Positions 1-9,035 of a DNA stretch of 64,000 bases are shown in pieces (the stretch's first letter is position 1; the number at the start of each line of letters is the position of its first letter). Source of the stretch: an uncultured virus (IMG/VR IMGVR_UViG_3300025530_000008) (lineage: Duplodnaviria > Heunggongvirae > Uroviricota > Caudoviricetes > Herelleviridae); IMG/VR virus record IMGVR_UViG_3300025530_000008. One strand, 5' to 3'. The position numbers and the translations under genes are program-made. Under the pieces are notes generated by a model, which made no database searches, was not told where the DNA came from, and worked only from the letters and a program-made list of their open reading frames with translations.

Positions 1-2
1 CG

Positions 3-512
3 GCCGCCGTTAAGACAGCACCGCGCCCGCCGGCGGCGGTTAAGCCTCCGGCCCCGTCTGTGCAGCAGGCGCCCGCACCGGAGCCTCCGAAGATCGAGGA
101 TGTGCCGCCGCTGGCAGATCGAGAAGTTCCGAAGTCGGAGGAATACCGCCAGCCGCCGGCAGTCGACGAACCGCCGCGGGCTGATGGGCAGATTACCATG
201 CTCAAACTGCGCGCGCTTCCGCTGGAAGAACGCCACGCTTTGTGGCGGCGCCTGAACAAACAGGTCGGCGACGACACGTTGTTCATCACGGTCCTCATGC
301 CGGAGGAACTTCCGAAGCAGATGCAGCGCGAGCATCCGCCGCAGGGCAAGCGCCCGGTCGGGAAGAACGTGTACTGGTGCTGCTACTGCGCTGATTGGTC
401 GGTATTCGAGCATTTCTCCTATCTGGGAAGCCATAAGTGCATCGGCTGCGGCATTTCGACGAAGGATTACTACGTCCGCGGCGCGAACGGCTTGTGGAAG
501 AAAGAGGTATGA
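3..512 (+). CDS. Pro-rich protein with C-terminal Zn-finger (5' truncated by window edge)
   Basis: Frame is open from the window start; CxxC...CxxC (WCCYC, KCIGC) near the C-terminus. Confidence 0.7.
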   Translation, partial: AAVKTAPRPPAAVKPPAPSVQQAPAPEPPKIEDVPPLADREVPKSEEYRQPPAVDEPPRADGQITMLKLRALPLEERHALWRRLNKQVGDDTLFITVLMPEELPKQMQREHPPQGKRPVGKNVYWCCYCADWSVFEHFSYLGSHKCIGCGISTKDYYVRGANGLWKKEV

Positions 513-778
513 TTACCATGCGAGATCGGATCACGGAAGCATTCAACGACTTCATGCAGCGCCTGTTTGGCGAGGTTCCGGCCGATCCGAGACGGCTTTC
601 GGTCGACCGCACCAGATACACGGAGACGATGCTTGAGGTTCAGAAGGAGTATGGGCTTCAGCAGGGTGACCCGGATTTTCTGGAGTGGGTACTGACGCTT
701 GTCGGCAGATCACCGGTCATTACTGAAGGGAGAGAGGATTATGCAAGATCAGAGCAAGCAGAACATGGGACAGCCTAA
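509..778 (+). CDS. hypothetical protein
   Basis: ATG overlaps the upstream stop; GAGG SD. Confidence 0.55.
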   Translation: MITMRDRITEAFNDFMQRLFGEVPADPRRLSVDRTRYTETMLEVQKEYGLQQGDPDFLEWVLTLVGRSPVITEGREDYARSEQAEHGTA

Positions 779-1109
779 ACCGGGGATGGTGACGACCAAA
801 CAGGGCGCAGAGAACAGCAAACCGTGGGTGCGGCTGCACATGGCCCGGCAGACGGATTCTTGCCGAATGCCGGATGTCATCATAGGCAAGCTTCAGAAGG
901 AGACGCCGACAGAGTTCGTGCTGACGAATGTGCTGGAGATTACACCTGAAGGCGTGAGCGAGCGCAATTTTTACGACGTGATTAACCGGACCTACGTCTA
1001 CCGCTGTGAGGTCATCGGATTTAGGCCGGATGACGAAGAAATACTGGCGTCGCAGTACGGAGAGGTTATGGGACCGTCGCTCGGCGGCGGGTTCGGAGGT
1101 CTCGGATAA
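741..1109 (+). CDS. hypothetical protein
   Basis: GAGG SD before ATG 741; followed by a terminator. Confidence 0.65.
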   Translation: MQDQSKQNMGQPKPGMVTTKQGAENSKPWVRLHMARQTDSCRMPDVIIGKLQKETPTEFVLTNVLEITPEGVSERNFYDVINRTYVYRCEVIGFRPDDEEILASQYGEVMGPSLGGGFGGLG

Positions 1110-1120
1110 CTTCGAAACAT

Positions 1121-1153
1121 GGCCGAGGGTTCAGGCCCTCGGCTTTTATTTTT
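1121..1153 (+). terminator. intrinsic terminator
   Basis: GCCGAGGG-loop-CCCTCGGC followed by a T-tract. Confidence 0.8.
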
Positions 1154-1200
1154 GTCTAAAGTCGTTCACGTTTGTTGTTTTTTGTCCGATATGGTACAAT
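1150..1200 (+). promoter_or_regulatory. SigA-like promoter overlapped by AAAGTTGT-type repeats
   Basis: TTGTTG-N17-TACAAT with TG extension; CTAAAGTCGTTCA repeat unit. Confidence 0.55.
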
Positions 1201-1230
1201 ATCCATGCAAGGAGTAAGGGGGATGATGAC

Positions 1231-3243
1231 GTGTCGGCAGTGATGTTGAAGCTTATGGATAACCCACGGTTCGTCTATTTTGCCGGCAATACTTATCCAT
1301 ACAAGGACATCATCAAAGTCATCCCGGGCGCACGATGGAATAAAACCGCGAAGGTATGGTATATTCCGATCGAGTCCGTGCAGGACGCGTTGCGCATCTT
1401 CCCCTCGCTGCACGTGGACAGCAGCGTAAAGAATGCGCACGCCAGCACCAGCTCGAGGCTTCAGGCGGCGCTGGAGCTTAAGGGTAAGGACTTCCGAAGC
1501 GTCGCTCCGAAGCCGGTTCCCGGCCTTAATGCAACGCTTCGGAATTACCAACAGCTCAGCTTCGACTTCCTGCACCTGCTCGGCCCGGGCGAGGGCGCCG
1601 TGTTGGGCCTCGATATGGGCCTCGGGAAGTCGGTTACGATGCTGGCATATTTTCTGTCCCTGATGCATAAAGGTATCATCGATTACGCCCTCGTTGTATG
1701 TCCGTCTCCGCTTAAGTACGCGACATGGGCAAAGGAGATTCAGAAGTTTACAAACATCCCATTTACCGTCATCGACGGAGACGCCAGCGCGATCGTCGAA
1801 TGGGATAACGGTAAACGTGAGCGTTTGGAAGGTCGGGCGCTGCGGGAGGTCCAGTACCAGCAGTGGATGTTCGGAAGTCGTGTCCTCATCATGAACTATG
1901 AGCTGTTCCTGCATGATTCCGAGCACGACACCTATGTGTTCGAGCAGCCGCTTCTGGAAGTGAACCAGAAGATTTACCAAAACCTTATCGAGCACTTCAA
2001 TGTTTTGGAGGGTCGGAAGCCGGATCATAAGACGGGCATCAAGAAAGCGCAGAGTGAACTGCTTCCGAAGATCGTCAATAACCCTAAAGAATATACGATT
2101 CGGAAGCATAAGGGCGTGTACTCCCTGTTCCGAAGGGTTCGAGTTCCGTCGATTCTGCCGCCGATAACGGATCGCTGGGCGGTCTTTCTGGATGAGGCGC
2201 ACCGCATCAAAAATCCGAAGTCCGACACGACGAAGAAGCTGCTGGCGCACTTGAAGCCGGCAGGTCGGAAAGTGCTCGGAACCGGCACACCGCTGGAGAA
2301 CAACATCGTCGAGCTCTATTCGCTGGTCGACTTCAGCCGGCCGGGCATCCTCGGGACGTACTACGATTTCCTGTCCCGTTATGTCGAATGCGACGACTAC
2401 GGCACGCCGATTGCGCCGAAGCCGCAGATGCTTCAGGAACTGCGGGATAAGATATCACCGATTATGATCCGCTTCACCAAACAGGAAGTGTTGCCGGAGC
2501 TTCCGCCGCTCGAGCGCGTCGACTACTCCGTCAGCATGACGGATGTGCAGAAGAAGCTGTACGACCAGATCAAAGAAGGCATTCTGGTCAACGTCAAAGA
2601 TGGGTCATTTACCTACATGGACGTGATTGTTCAGCTTACTCGGCTCCAGCAAGTGCTTGACTCGCCGGCCCTTCTTCGGAAGGTTATGGAGGACGATACG
2701 CTGCCGGAAGACAGCGGAAAGCTGCGGGAGTTGGTCGGTATCATCTCGGACATCGATCCGAAGCGTAACCAATTCCTGATTTTCAGTCAGTACGCCGAAA
2801 TGACCGACATCCTTTACCGGTTCCTGACGACGCCGCAGAGTGGTAAGCAGATACTTAAACCTTCCGAAGTAGGTTACGTTCGCGGCGGGATGACGGCGCG
2901 GCAGATCGAGAATGTCCGCGAGGCGTTTCAGGCCGGACGTATGCGCTGCGTCATCATGACGACGGCCGGCAATTACGGGCTCGACCTGTATAAGGCCAGC
3001 TATGCGATCTGTTACGACCAGTTATTCAATCCGCAGAAGATGGAGCAGTTCCTGTCCCGCGGACACCGCAGCGGGAACACGACCGGCCTGACGGCGATTA
3101 CGCTGACGACCAAAGACAGCTACGAGGAAAAGAAGCAGGCGCTGCTGGAGCGCAAGCGCGAGCTGTTTAAGGCCATGGTCGACGAGGATGAGGCTGCATT
3201 TATGCGGCTGATTACGCCGGATGATCTCATGGAGCTCTTGTGA
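1231..3243 (+). CDS. SNF2-family (SF2) helicase with small N-terminal HARP/DUF5710-like domain
   Basis: LDMGLGKS Walker A, LDEAH, GTGTPLEN, LIFSQY, GNYGLDL, SRGHR; GTG start after a purine-rich SD. Confidence 0.9.
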   Translation: MSAVMLKLMDNPRFVYFAGNTYPYKDIIKVIPGARWNKTAKVWYIPIESVQDALRIFPSLHVDSSVKNAHASTSSRLQAALELKGKDFRSVAPKPVPGLNATLRNYQQLSFDFLHLLGPGEGAVLGLDMGLGKSVTMLAYFLSLMHKGIIDYALVVCPSPLKYATWAKEIQKFTNIPFTVIDGDASAIVEWDNGKRERLEGRALREVQYQQWMFGSRVLIMNYELFLHDSEHDTYVFEQPLLEVNQKIYQNLIEHFNVLEGRKPDHKTGIKKAQSELLPKIVNNPKEYTIRKHKGVYSLFRRVRVPSILPPITDRWAVFLDEAHRIKNPKSDTTKKLLAHLKPAGRKVLGTGTPLENNIVELYSLVDFSRPGILGTYYDFLSRYVECDDYGTPIAPKPQMLQELRDKISPIMIRFTKQEVLPELPPLERVDYSVSMTDVQKKLYDQIKEGILVNVKDGSFTYMDVIVQLTRLQQVLDSPALLRKVMEDDTLPEDSGKLRELVGIISDIDPKRNQFLIFSQYAEMTDILYRFLTTPQSGKQILKPSEVGYVRGGMTARQIENVREAFQAGRMRCVIMTTAGNYGLDLYKASYAICYDQLFNPQKMEQFLSRGHRSGNTTGLTAITLTTKDSYEEKKQALLERKRELFKAMVDEDEAAFMRLITPDDLMELL

Positions 3244-3269
3244 GTTGGAACTTTGCAGGGAGGGTTACC

Positions 3270-3635
3270 ATGCGACAACCACCGCCGAAGGCCGGCGGGT
3301 ACCGCCCGCCGCCGGGGTTTACGCCGCGGCAGAAGGCGGAAGACCCGCAGGACGAATCACAAGGAGAGGCCATACATGCAGAATACCGGGCGCCGGAGAC
3401 GGACGGACGGAAGGCCGTCGTCGAGCTCAGCATCCGGGTGTTTGTGGAAGTTCCGCACACCGGAGACTACTGGGATATGGTTGACCGGGCTAAAGATGAC
3501 GTGCGGCGGCGTGTGGTCGAGGCGCCTACGTTCTGGCCGGCCAGCATGGAAAGCGAGCGCGTGCACCCGGGAATGACTGTCCCAGAGCTGAAGGACCGGA
3601 CGATGTTCCGGCCGCAGGCGCGGTGGGATCGCTAA
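3270..3635 (+). CDS. hypothetical protein
   Basis: GGAGG SD before ATG 3270. Confidence 0.6.
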   Translation: MRQPPPKAGGYRPPPGFTPRQKAEDPQDESQGEAIHAEYRAPETDGRKAVVELSIRVFVEVPHTGDYWDMVDRAKDDVRRRVVEAPTFWPASMESERVHPGMTVPELKDRTMFRPQARWDR

Positions 3636-3642
3636 CTCGTCG

Positions 3643-3688
3643 TAATTTGTTCAAAGTTGTTGACAGATGTTCATTTTTGGTTTATCAT
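3643..3688 (+). promoter_or_regulatory. SigA promoter with overlapping 10-bp repeat operator
   Basis: TTGACA(3660)-N17-TATCAT(3683); TTTGTTCAAAGTTGTTGACA. Confidence 0.8.
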
Positions 3689-3732
3689 GGGTGTCAAGCA
3701 TGGCAGATAACCGAGAAAGGAGCGGAGCACCC

Positions 3733-3993
3733 GTGAGTACAACCGAGATCATGACACCAGCGCCGGGAACGCCGTCTGCTACCGTATCGGAAGAAGAACG
3801 CTTCACCATGCAACAGGCCATGGACTATCTCGTCAAAAAGGGGATACCCTGTAGGAGCCGCGGGACCTTTTACCGCATACTCAGGGATTTTGACGTAAAG
3901 TACGTTAATTCGAATCCGAACGGAAAGCACAAGACACGAAGGTTTTCTCAGGCAGAGCTGGACCGCGTCGTAGCGACGTACTTCAGCGAATAG
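3733..3993 (+). CDS. excisionase/MerR-like HTH DNA-binding protein
   Basis: FTMQQAMDYL...SRGTFYR...RRFSQAELDR pattern typical of HTH_17/Xis-like proteins; AAAGGAG SD before GTG. Confidence 0.7.
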   Translation: MSTTEIMTPAPGTPSATVSEEERFTMQQAMDYLVKKGIPCRSRGTFYRILRDFDVKYVNSNPNGKHKTRRFSQAELDRVVATYFSE

Positions 3994-4005
3994 GCTGAGC
4001 CGGAA

Positions 4006-4146
4006 GGTTCAGCCCGGCTTTAGGCACCCAAACATCCGCATGGAGTCCACCATCTCCTTCCTTACCGTGTGAGCCGTTATCTGAAGTGCATTGGCCGCTT
4101 AAGCCGAGGCCGATCAGCGTTTGGGTGCCTTAAGGCGGACTGAACC
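4006..4146. ncRNA. candidate structured RNA/leader with a 28-bp basal stem
   Basis: 4006-4033 is the reverse complement of 4119-4146 with 3 mismatches. Confidence 0.45.
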
Positions 4147-4233
4147 GCCGCTGTTGATCGGATGGTACATAGTGCAAGGCAGCCTGTCCGAAACACAGCA
4201 AAATCATCCTGTCTTCCGAAGGAGGAAGCCCAA

Positions 4234-5091
4234 ATGGCCCTGAGAGCAGTACGTACTGGAAGCACCGCACCGACCATGCAGGGGGTACCTGCAACTGCAG
4301 CACCGCAATTTGCTGCACAACAAGCAGCGGCATCTTCCGAAGTTGCCGCGCCTGTACAACAGGTCGCAACTCCATCTTCCGAAGTTGCAGCACCTGTACA
4401 ACAAGCCGCAGCTCCATCTTCCGAAGCTGCGACGCAAGCCGCAGCACCGGCCGCACAGGCCGCACCCGCTCAGCAAGCTGCACCCGCACCGCAAGCCGCA
4501 GCACCGGCCGCACAGGCCGCACCCGCACCGCAAGCCGCAGCACCGGTTGTTCCGGCCGCATCGGGAGTTCCGGTCGTATCTGGAGGCGCATCGGTTGCGG
4601 CATTGAACGAAGGCATTCTGGACAACGTTGAAGGGATCGGTCAGGTCGGCAACTATGTCACGGTTGACGGCTCGCAATTCCTTTACAAGTCCTCCAACCG
4701 CCGCGCGGACTATCTAGACATCTGCGTGCACTACGGCAAGCGGTTCTACCAATGGGTAGACGAGTCCAATCCGAGCGCGAAGGTCTACCATAACTCGGAT
4801 GAGAAGATCGACGATCGCTACAAGCTTAAGTTCGAAATTCGGTGGTACGAGCAAGGCGAGGACGGAGAGCCGGTCGAGTACACCATGTCGCTGTCGACGA
4901 CGAGCTCGATCCAGTTCATCAACTACGTGAAGAATCTGGCGAAAGCCGGCCTCGGCGTAGGTCAAGTGTGGACGCGCATGACGATCAGCCGCCACAATCG
5001 GCCGAATTCGTCGGAGCGCTACAGCCGGGTGGACTTCGAAGCGTTCTCGCTGGAGACGGGCGAACCGCTCGGAATCAAGTCTGCGAACTAG
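4234..5091 (+). CDS. probable ssDNA-binding/annealing protein with Ala-Pro-Gln-rich repetitive N-terminus
   Basis: GGAGG SD; low-complexity repeats followed by a compact aromatic beta-rich domain; lies just upstream of the primase-helicase (function inferred). Confidence 0.5.
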   Translation: MALRAVRTGSTAPTMQGVPATAAPQFAAQQAAASSEVAAPVQQVATPSSEVAAPVQQAAAPSSEAATQAAAPAAQAAPAQQAAPAPQAAAPAAQAAPAPQAAAPVVPAASGVPVVSGGASVAALNEGILDNVEGIGQVGNYVTVDGSQFLYKSSNRRADYLDICVHYGKRFYQWVDESNPSAKVYHNSDEKIDDRYKLKFEIRWYEQGEDGEPVEYTMSLSTTSSIQFINYVKNLAKAGLGVGQVWTRMTISRHNRPNSSERYSRVDFEAFSLETGEPLGIKSAN

Positions 5092-5121
5092 TTGCGTGAT
5101 TGTATTCGATCTTCCGAAGGT

Positions 5122-5158
5122 AATAGAACCCCTGCATCACCTTCGCAGGGGTTCTATT
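5122..5158 (+). terminator. intrinsic terminator
   Basis: AATAGAACCCCTGC...GCAGGGGTTCTATT hairpin. Confidence 0.8.
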
Positions 5159-5340
5159 ATCGGCAAAAATCGAAAGTGGCCTGCATAATACGGTTTGAGA
5201 CAGCCTGCCACAACGGCGCGTGAGCAGAACGTATCGCAAATGCGACCGCCTATGCTTAGGAAGATGAGCTTCCCTCGCTGCCGGCAGGCGTATCCCGGAC
5301 CGATTGGCAAGGACTACAGCATGGGGAGGAACTTAATAAC

Positions 5341-8300
5341 ATGGGTCGGGGAAAAGACCAGCAGTTCAATCTTGACGAATTCCGCTATGTTGACTGTTTC
5401 CACATCAATCCTCAGAGCGGGAAGCGCACGAAATGGGTGCGCCTGCCCATTGATAAGCTCGAAGAATTCCGCAACCAGTGGCAGAACTATAACGTGTTCT
5501 CCACCGTCCAACTCTATCGCCTGAAAACGAGACAAGAGGGCGGCGGCGAATTCATGTACGCGCCGCTGTTCTTTGACATAGACAGCTCGCGCCTCCTTGC
5601 GAAGGATACCGACAAGACGCCCCACAAACTGGGGTTGCTTGAGGAAGGCTCCGTGCACCCGGCAGAGATCATCCAATACTACCAAGGCACGGATTTAGAG
5701 GCGCACCTAAACAACTTTGCAATCGGCATCCCGCTGCCGGACGACGTGTGCAAACGCATCAATGCCATCGTCGACGAAACCGCTGAGCTTCGGGACTTTG
5801 TCTGGATCAAAAATCTCGAGGAAGCTCGGAAGGACGCCGTGAAGCTCATCCACTTCTTCAGGGAGCGATTCGGTCTCACGGAAGACGAAATCCGCGTGTA
5901 CTTCTCCGGGTCGAAGGGCTTTCACATTCTGGTCAATCCGGTTGTGCTCGGCATCCAGCCGGATAAAAACCTGCACCGCGTCTTCAAGTACATTGCGACG
6001 TATCTTGAAAGCCAGCTTGACCTTCGCTCGCTGGATACGTCTTCGATATACGGACACGGCCGCATGCTTCGAATGATTAACTCCATGCACCATAAGAGCG
6101 GCCGGTTCAAAGTGGAGCTTTATCATCATGAGCTGATGGGTGATCTGTGGCATGTCATCAATAATCTTGCCCGGGCACCGCGAATGGAGCTTTACGATCC
6201 GGCGAGCCTTGAGTATTCGCCGAATGAACTCGCCCGGGAATGGTACCTGCAGCAGTGGGAGGCCTATCAGGAATCAACGCAGCTTCACGCTGAGCGGCCG
6301 GTTCTGAAGGATGAAGTGCTGTCGCAAATGGAAGGCGTTCCGGTATGTGTGCAATTCATTCTGGACCGCGGCATCCTGAAGGCCGGCGACCGGAACAAGG
6401 CGACGATGGCACTGGCGTCTTACTACAAGGACATCGGCACGCCCATGGAGGAAACGATCAATATCCTGACGAAGTGGGCAGAGAAGATTCCGAAATCCAT
6501 GACCAGCTCGACACCTTCCGAAGTTCGGGCGTCGACGATCTCCTGCATCAAGACCGTGTACACGAATGACACCTACCACTTCGGTTGTGCCTTCATTCGC
6601 AGCCTGCACGGCGAGCGGAAGGGCCGGGATTACGAGGCGGTTCCATGCGCGGGCCGTGCGTGCCCTGCGCACGAGGACCACACCATCGACAACATCCCGG
6701 CGGAGCACATGCACCTTGCCAAAACGGCGGACGCCCAGTACACCGGCAAGAAGGTCTCCTTCGATGCGCTGGTTTCGGGCAAGATGGATACGCCGTATAT
6801 TGTTCCGAAGAAGGTCCGGTTTGTGTGCGCGCATGAGCCTTTCTGCGAGAAGGACTGCATCATGCACGACTACGCCGGTTTGATGGAGCGCGAGTTCCAC
6901 GAGAACGAACGCTTCCTTATCGAGGCCACAAACCAGAGCGACGAGCGTATCAAGAACATCCTGTTCCACTACTCACGCGCAAGCTGCAAGAAAGTGCAGT
7001 CGGACGTACTGGAGACGGAGAACGTAACGGAAATGCTCGTCGTGCCGATGGCTGATCGGGTGATGACCGTCCGCAACGTCGACGATAGCGGGCAGGAGCA
7101 GGTCACATCCGTTGACGAATCCGGCTACGAGTACGTCAGCCGGAAGATTTACGCTGTTGGCAAGCCGGACCAGATTCCGTCCGCCAACCAGCACTACACG
7201 ATCGAGGGCTTCGTTTACAGCCATCCGCGGAACGCTATGGCGACGATTCTGACGCAGAAGCACATTCCGAAGGCCGACAGCGTGTCGCAGTTCCGGCTGA
7301 CGGAAGAAGTCATCCGCGGCTTCGAAGTGTTCAAAGTGGCGCCCGGGGAAACGCTGGACGACCGCATATCGCTTATCATAAGCGATCTTGTGGAGAACGT
7401 TACGCTCGTCCGCGAGCGTTTCGAGCCGCATCTGGCCGTACTCATGACGTATCATTCCTGCTTGCATTACTACTTTCAGGATCAGCTCGAAAAACGCGGA
7501 TGGATGGAGACGATTTTCGTCGGGGACTCCGGGCAGGCCAAAACGCAGCTCGTCAGCAGCATCATGGAGTTCTGCGGTTTGGGTAACCTGACTTCCGGCG
7601 AGGGATCAAGTCGTACGGGTCTGGTCTACATGCTGGAGCAGATCAACGAGCGCTGGTTCATCAAGTGGGGAAGCTATCCGCTGTCGGACCGGAAGCTGAT
7701 TGCAATCGACGAGTTCTCCGAGCTCAACCCGGAGGACTTCGGGAAGATCACGGAAGCGCGCACGACAGGCGTGCTGAAGCTGACCCGGGCCGGCATCGAT
7801 ACGGAGACGAATGCCCGCGTCCGCCTGATTCTGCTGACCAACCCGGCCAACGCCCGGACGCTGGCAAGCTTCACGCACGGCGTCGAAAGCTTGAAGCCGC
7901 TGTTTGCGTCGCCGGCCGACATACGGCGCCTTGATCTCGCGGTATTCCTCCAATCCGGGGATGTTCCGAAGTCGGTACTGAACGCGGAGCACTCGGCAAC
8001 GCGCCGGCAGCTTATCACGTCCGAAGTGCTGCGAAACAGTGTCCTGTGGGCGTGGAGCCGGCGGCCGGAGCAGATCGAGATCACGCCGGCAGCTATGAAG
8101 CGTATCCTGCAACTGGCCGATGTGCTGGGCGACAAGTACGGCTACGCACAGGACATTCCGCTTATGGAGCCTTCCGATCTTCGGAAGAAGCTTGCTCGGA
8201 TGTCGATCGCGCTGGCGGCGCTGGTCCATTCGACGGACGAAGAACACGAGAAGGTCATCGTGCTGCCGGAGCACGTCGAGTACGTTTCCGACTTTGTGCA

Positions 8301-8628
8301 GGTAGTGTACGACAACAAGAATGCGCGGCTGGACGTTTACGCGGCGAAGTCGAAGGAGGAAACGGAGTTGACGCCGGAAGAGCGTGCTATCGTCGACAAG
8401 GCCCTGAACGATCTCGACTTTGCAGACAGCGCGCCGGTGTCGGCGGAAATACTCGACCTGTTCCGAAAGAACGAAATCCTGAAGCCTGTCGAGATCATCG
8501 ACATGCTGGGGTACGAGCGTGGGCAGGTTAACTCGAGGCTGTCCATCCTGACGAAGCATAGCATGATTACGCGGACGCGCGACGGTCTTCGGAAGCTTCC
8601 GAAGTTCATTGAATTCCTGAACGCATGA
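5341..8628 (+). CDS. AEP primase fused to MCM-family AAA+ helicase
   Basis: AEP motifs FFDID, YFSGSKGFH, RMLR; PriCT-like GDRN helix; Cys clusters; MCM motifs GDSGQAKTQ, SSRTGL, IAIDEF, NARVRLILLTNP, RRLDL. Confidence 0.85.
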   Translation: MGRGKDQQFNLDEFRYVDCFHINPQSGKRTKWVRLPIDKLEEFRNQWQNYNVFSTVQLYRLKTRQEGGGEFMYAPLFFDIDSSRLLAKDTDKTPHKLGLLEEGSVHPAEIIQYYQGTDLEAHLNNFAIGIPLPDDVCKRINAIVDETAELRDFVWIKNLEEARKDAVKLIHFFRERFGLTEDEIRVYFSGSKGFHILVNPVVLGIQPDKNLHRVFKYIATYLESQLDLRSLDTSSIYGHGRMLRMINSMHHKSGRFKVELYHHELMGDLWHVINNLARAPRMELYDPASLEYSPNELAREWYLQQWEAYQESTQLHAERPVLKDEVLSQMEGVPVCVQFILDRGILKAGDRNKATMALASYYKDIGTPMEETINILTKWAEKIPKSMTSSTPSEVRASTISCIKTVYTNDTYHFGCAFIRSLHGERKGRDYEAVPCAGRACPAHEDHTIDNIPAEHMHLAKTADAQYTGKKVSFDALVSGKMDTPYIVPKKVRFVCAHEPFCEKDCIMHDYAGLMEREFHENERFLIEATNQSDERIKNILFHYSRASCKKVQSDVLETENVTEMLVVPMADRVMTVRNVDDSGQEQVTSVDESGYEYVSRKIYAVGKPDQIPSANQHYTIEGFVYSHPRNAMATILTQKHIPKADSVSQFRLTEEVIRGFEVFKVAPGETLDDRISLIISDLVENVTLVRERFEPHLAVLMTYHSCLHYYFQDQLEKRGWMETIFVGDSGQAKTQLVSSIMEFCGLGNLTSGEGSSRTGLVYMLEQINERWFIKWGSYPLSDRKLIAIDEFSELNPEDFGKITEARTTGVLKLTRAGIDTETNARVRLILLTNPANARTLASFTHGVESLKPLFASPADIRRLDLAVFLQSGDVPKSVLNAEHSATRRQLITSEVLRNSVLWAWSRRPEQIEITPAAMKRILQLADVLGDKYGYAQDIPLMEPSDLRKKLARMSIALAALVHSTDEEHEKVIVLPEHVEYVSDFVQVVYDNKNARLDVYAAKSKEETELTPEERAIVDKALNDLDFADSAPVSAEILDLFRKNEILKPVEIIDMLGYERGQVNSRLSILTKHSMITRTRDGLRKLPKFIEFLNA

Positions 8629-8645
8629 AAGGAGGGTGAGCATCT

Positions 8646-9026
8646 ATGCGACCGGAAGCGGTGGACATTTTGGCGAAATACGAGGCGAAGACCGCTGCCG
8701 CCCGGGCCCGGGGCAGTCAAGTCAAAGAATTCAGCGATCCGAGCATCAATGATCTGCTGTTCATCAAGGCTGTCCTGCATCCGACGGCGAAAGCGGACAG
8801 CCGGGAGCTGACCCGGAAGCTCATCACCTTATTGTGCGAGCGGAAAATTTGCACGGCGGAGGAAATCTATGAGGCACTGGAGTGCTCCGATAAGCCGATC
8901 CTGCGCCGGCTGCGCATCCTTCGCCAGAACGGCTTCGTCCGACGTGAGTCGAAGAAGTACTATCTCGCCACGCATAGACTTTATGTGCTGTTCGAACGTC
9001 ATCTTGACCGTGTATGTGGAGTGTGA
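8646..9026 (+). CDS. winged-helix (ArsR-like) DNA-binding protein
   Basis: TAEEIYEALECSDKPILRRLRILRQNGFV HTH-wing pattern. Confidence 0.65.
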   Translation: MRPEAVDILAKYEAKTAAARARGSQVKEFSDPSINDLLFIKAVLHPTAKADSRELTRKLITLLCERKICTAEEIYEALECSDKPILRRLRILRQNGFVRRESKKYYLATHRLYVLFERHLDRVCGV

Positions 9027-9035
9027 CGCAGCAGC

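Noticed and set aside
1156..1192. SigD-type promoter (TAAA...CCGATAT)
   Set aside because: Spacing is about 24 bp, far from the ~15 bp required
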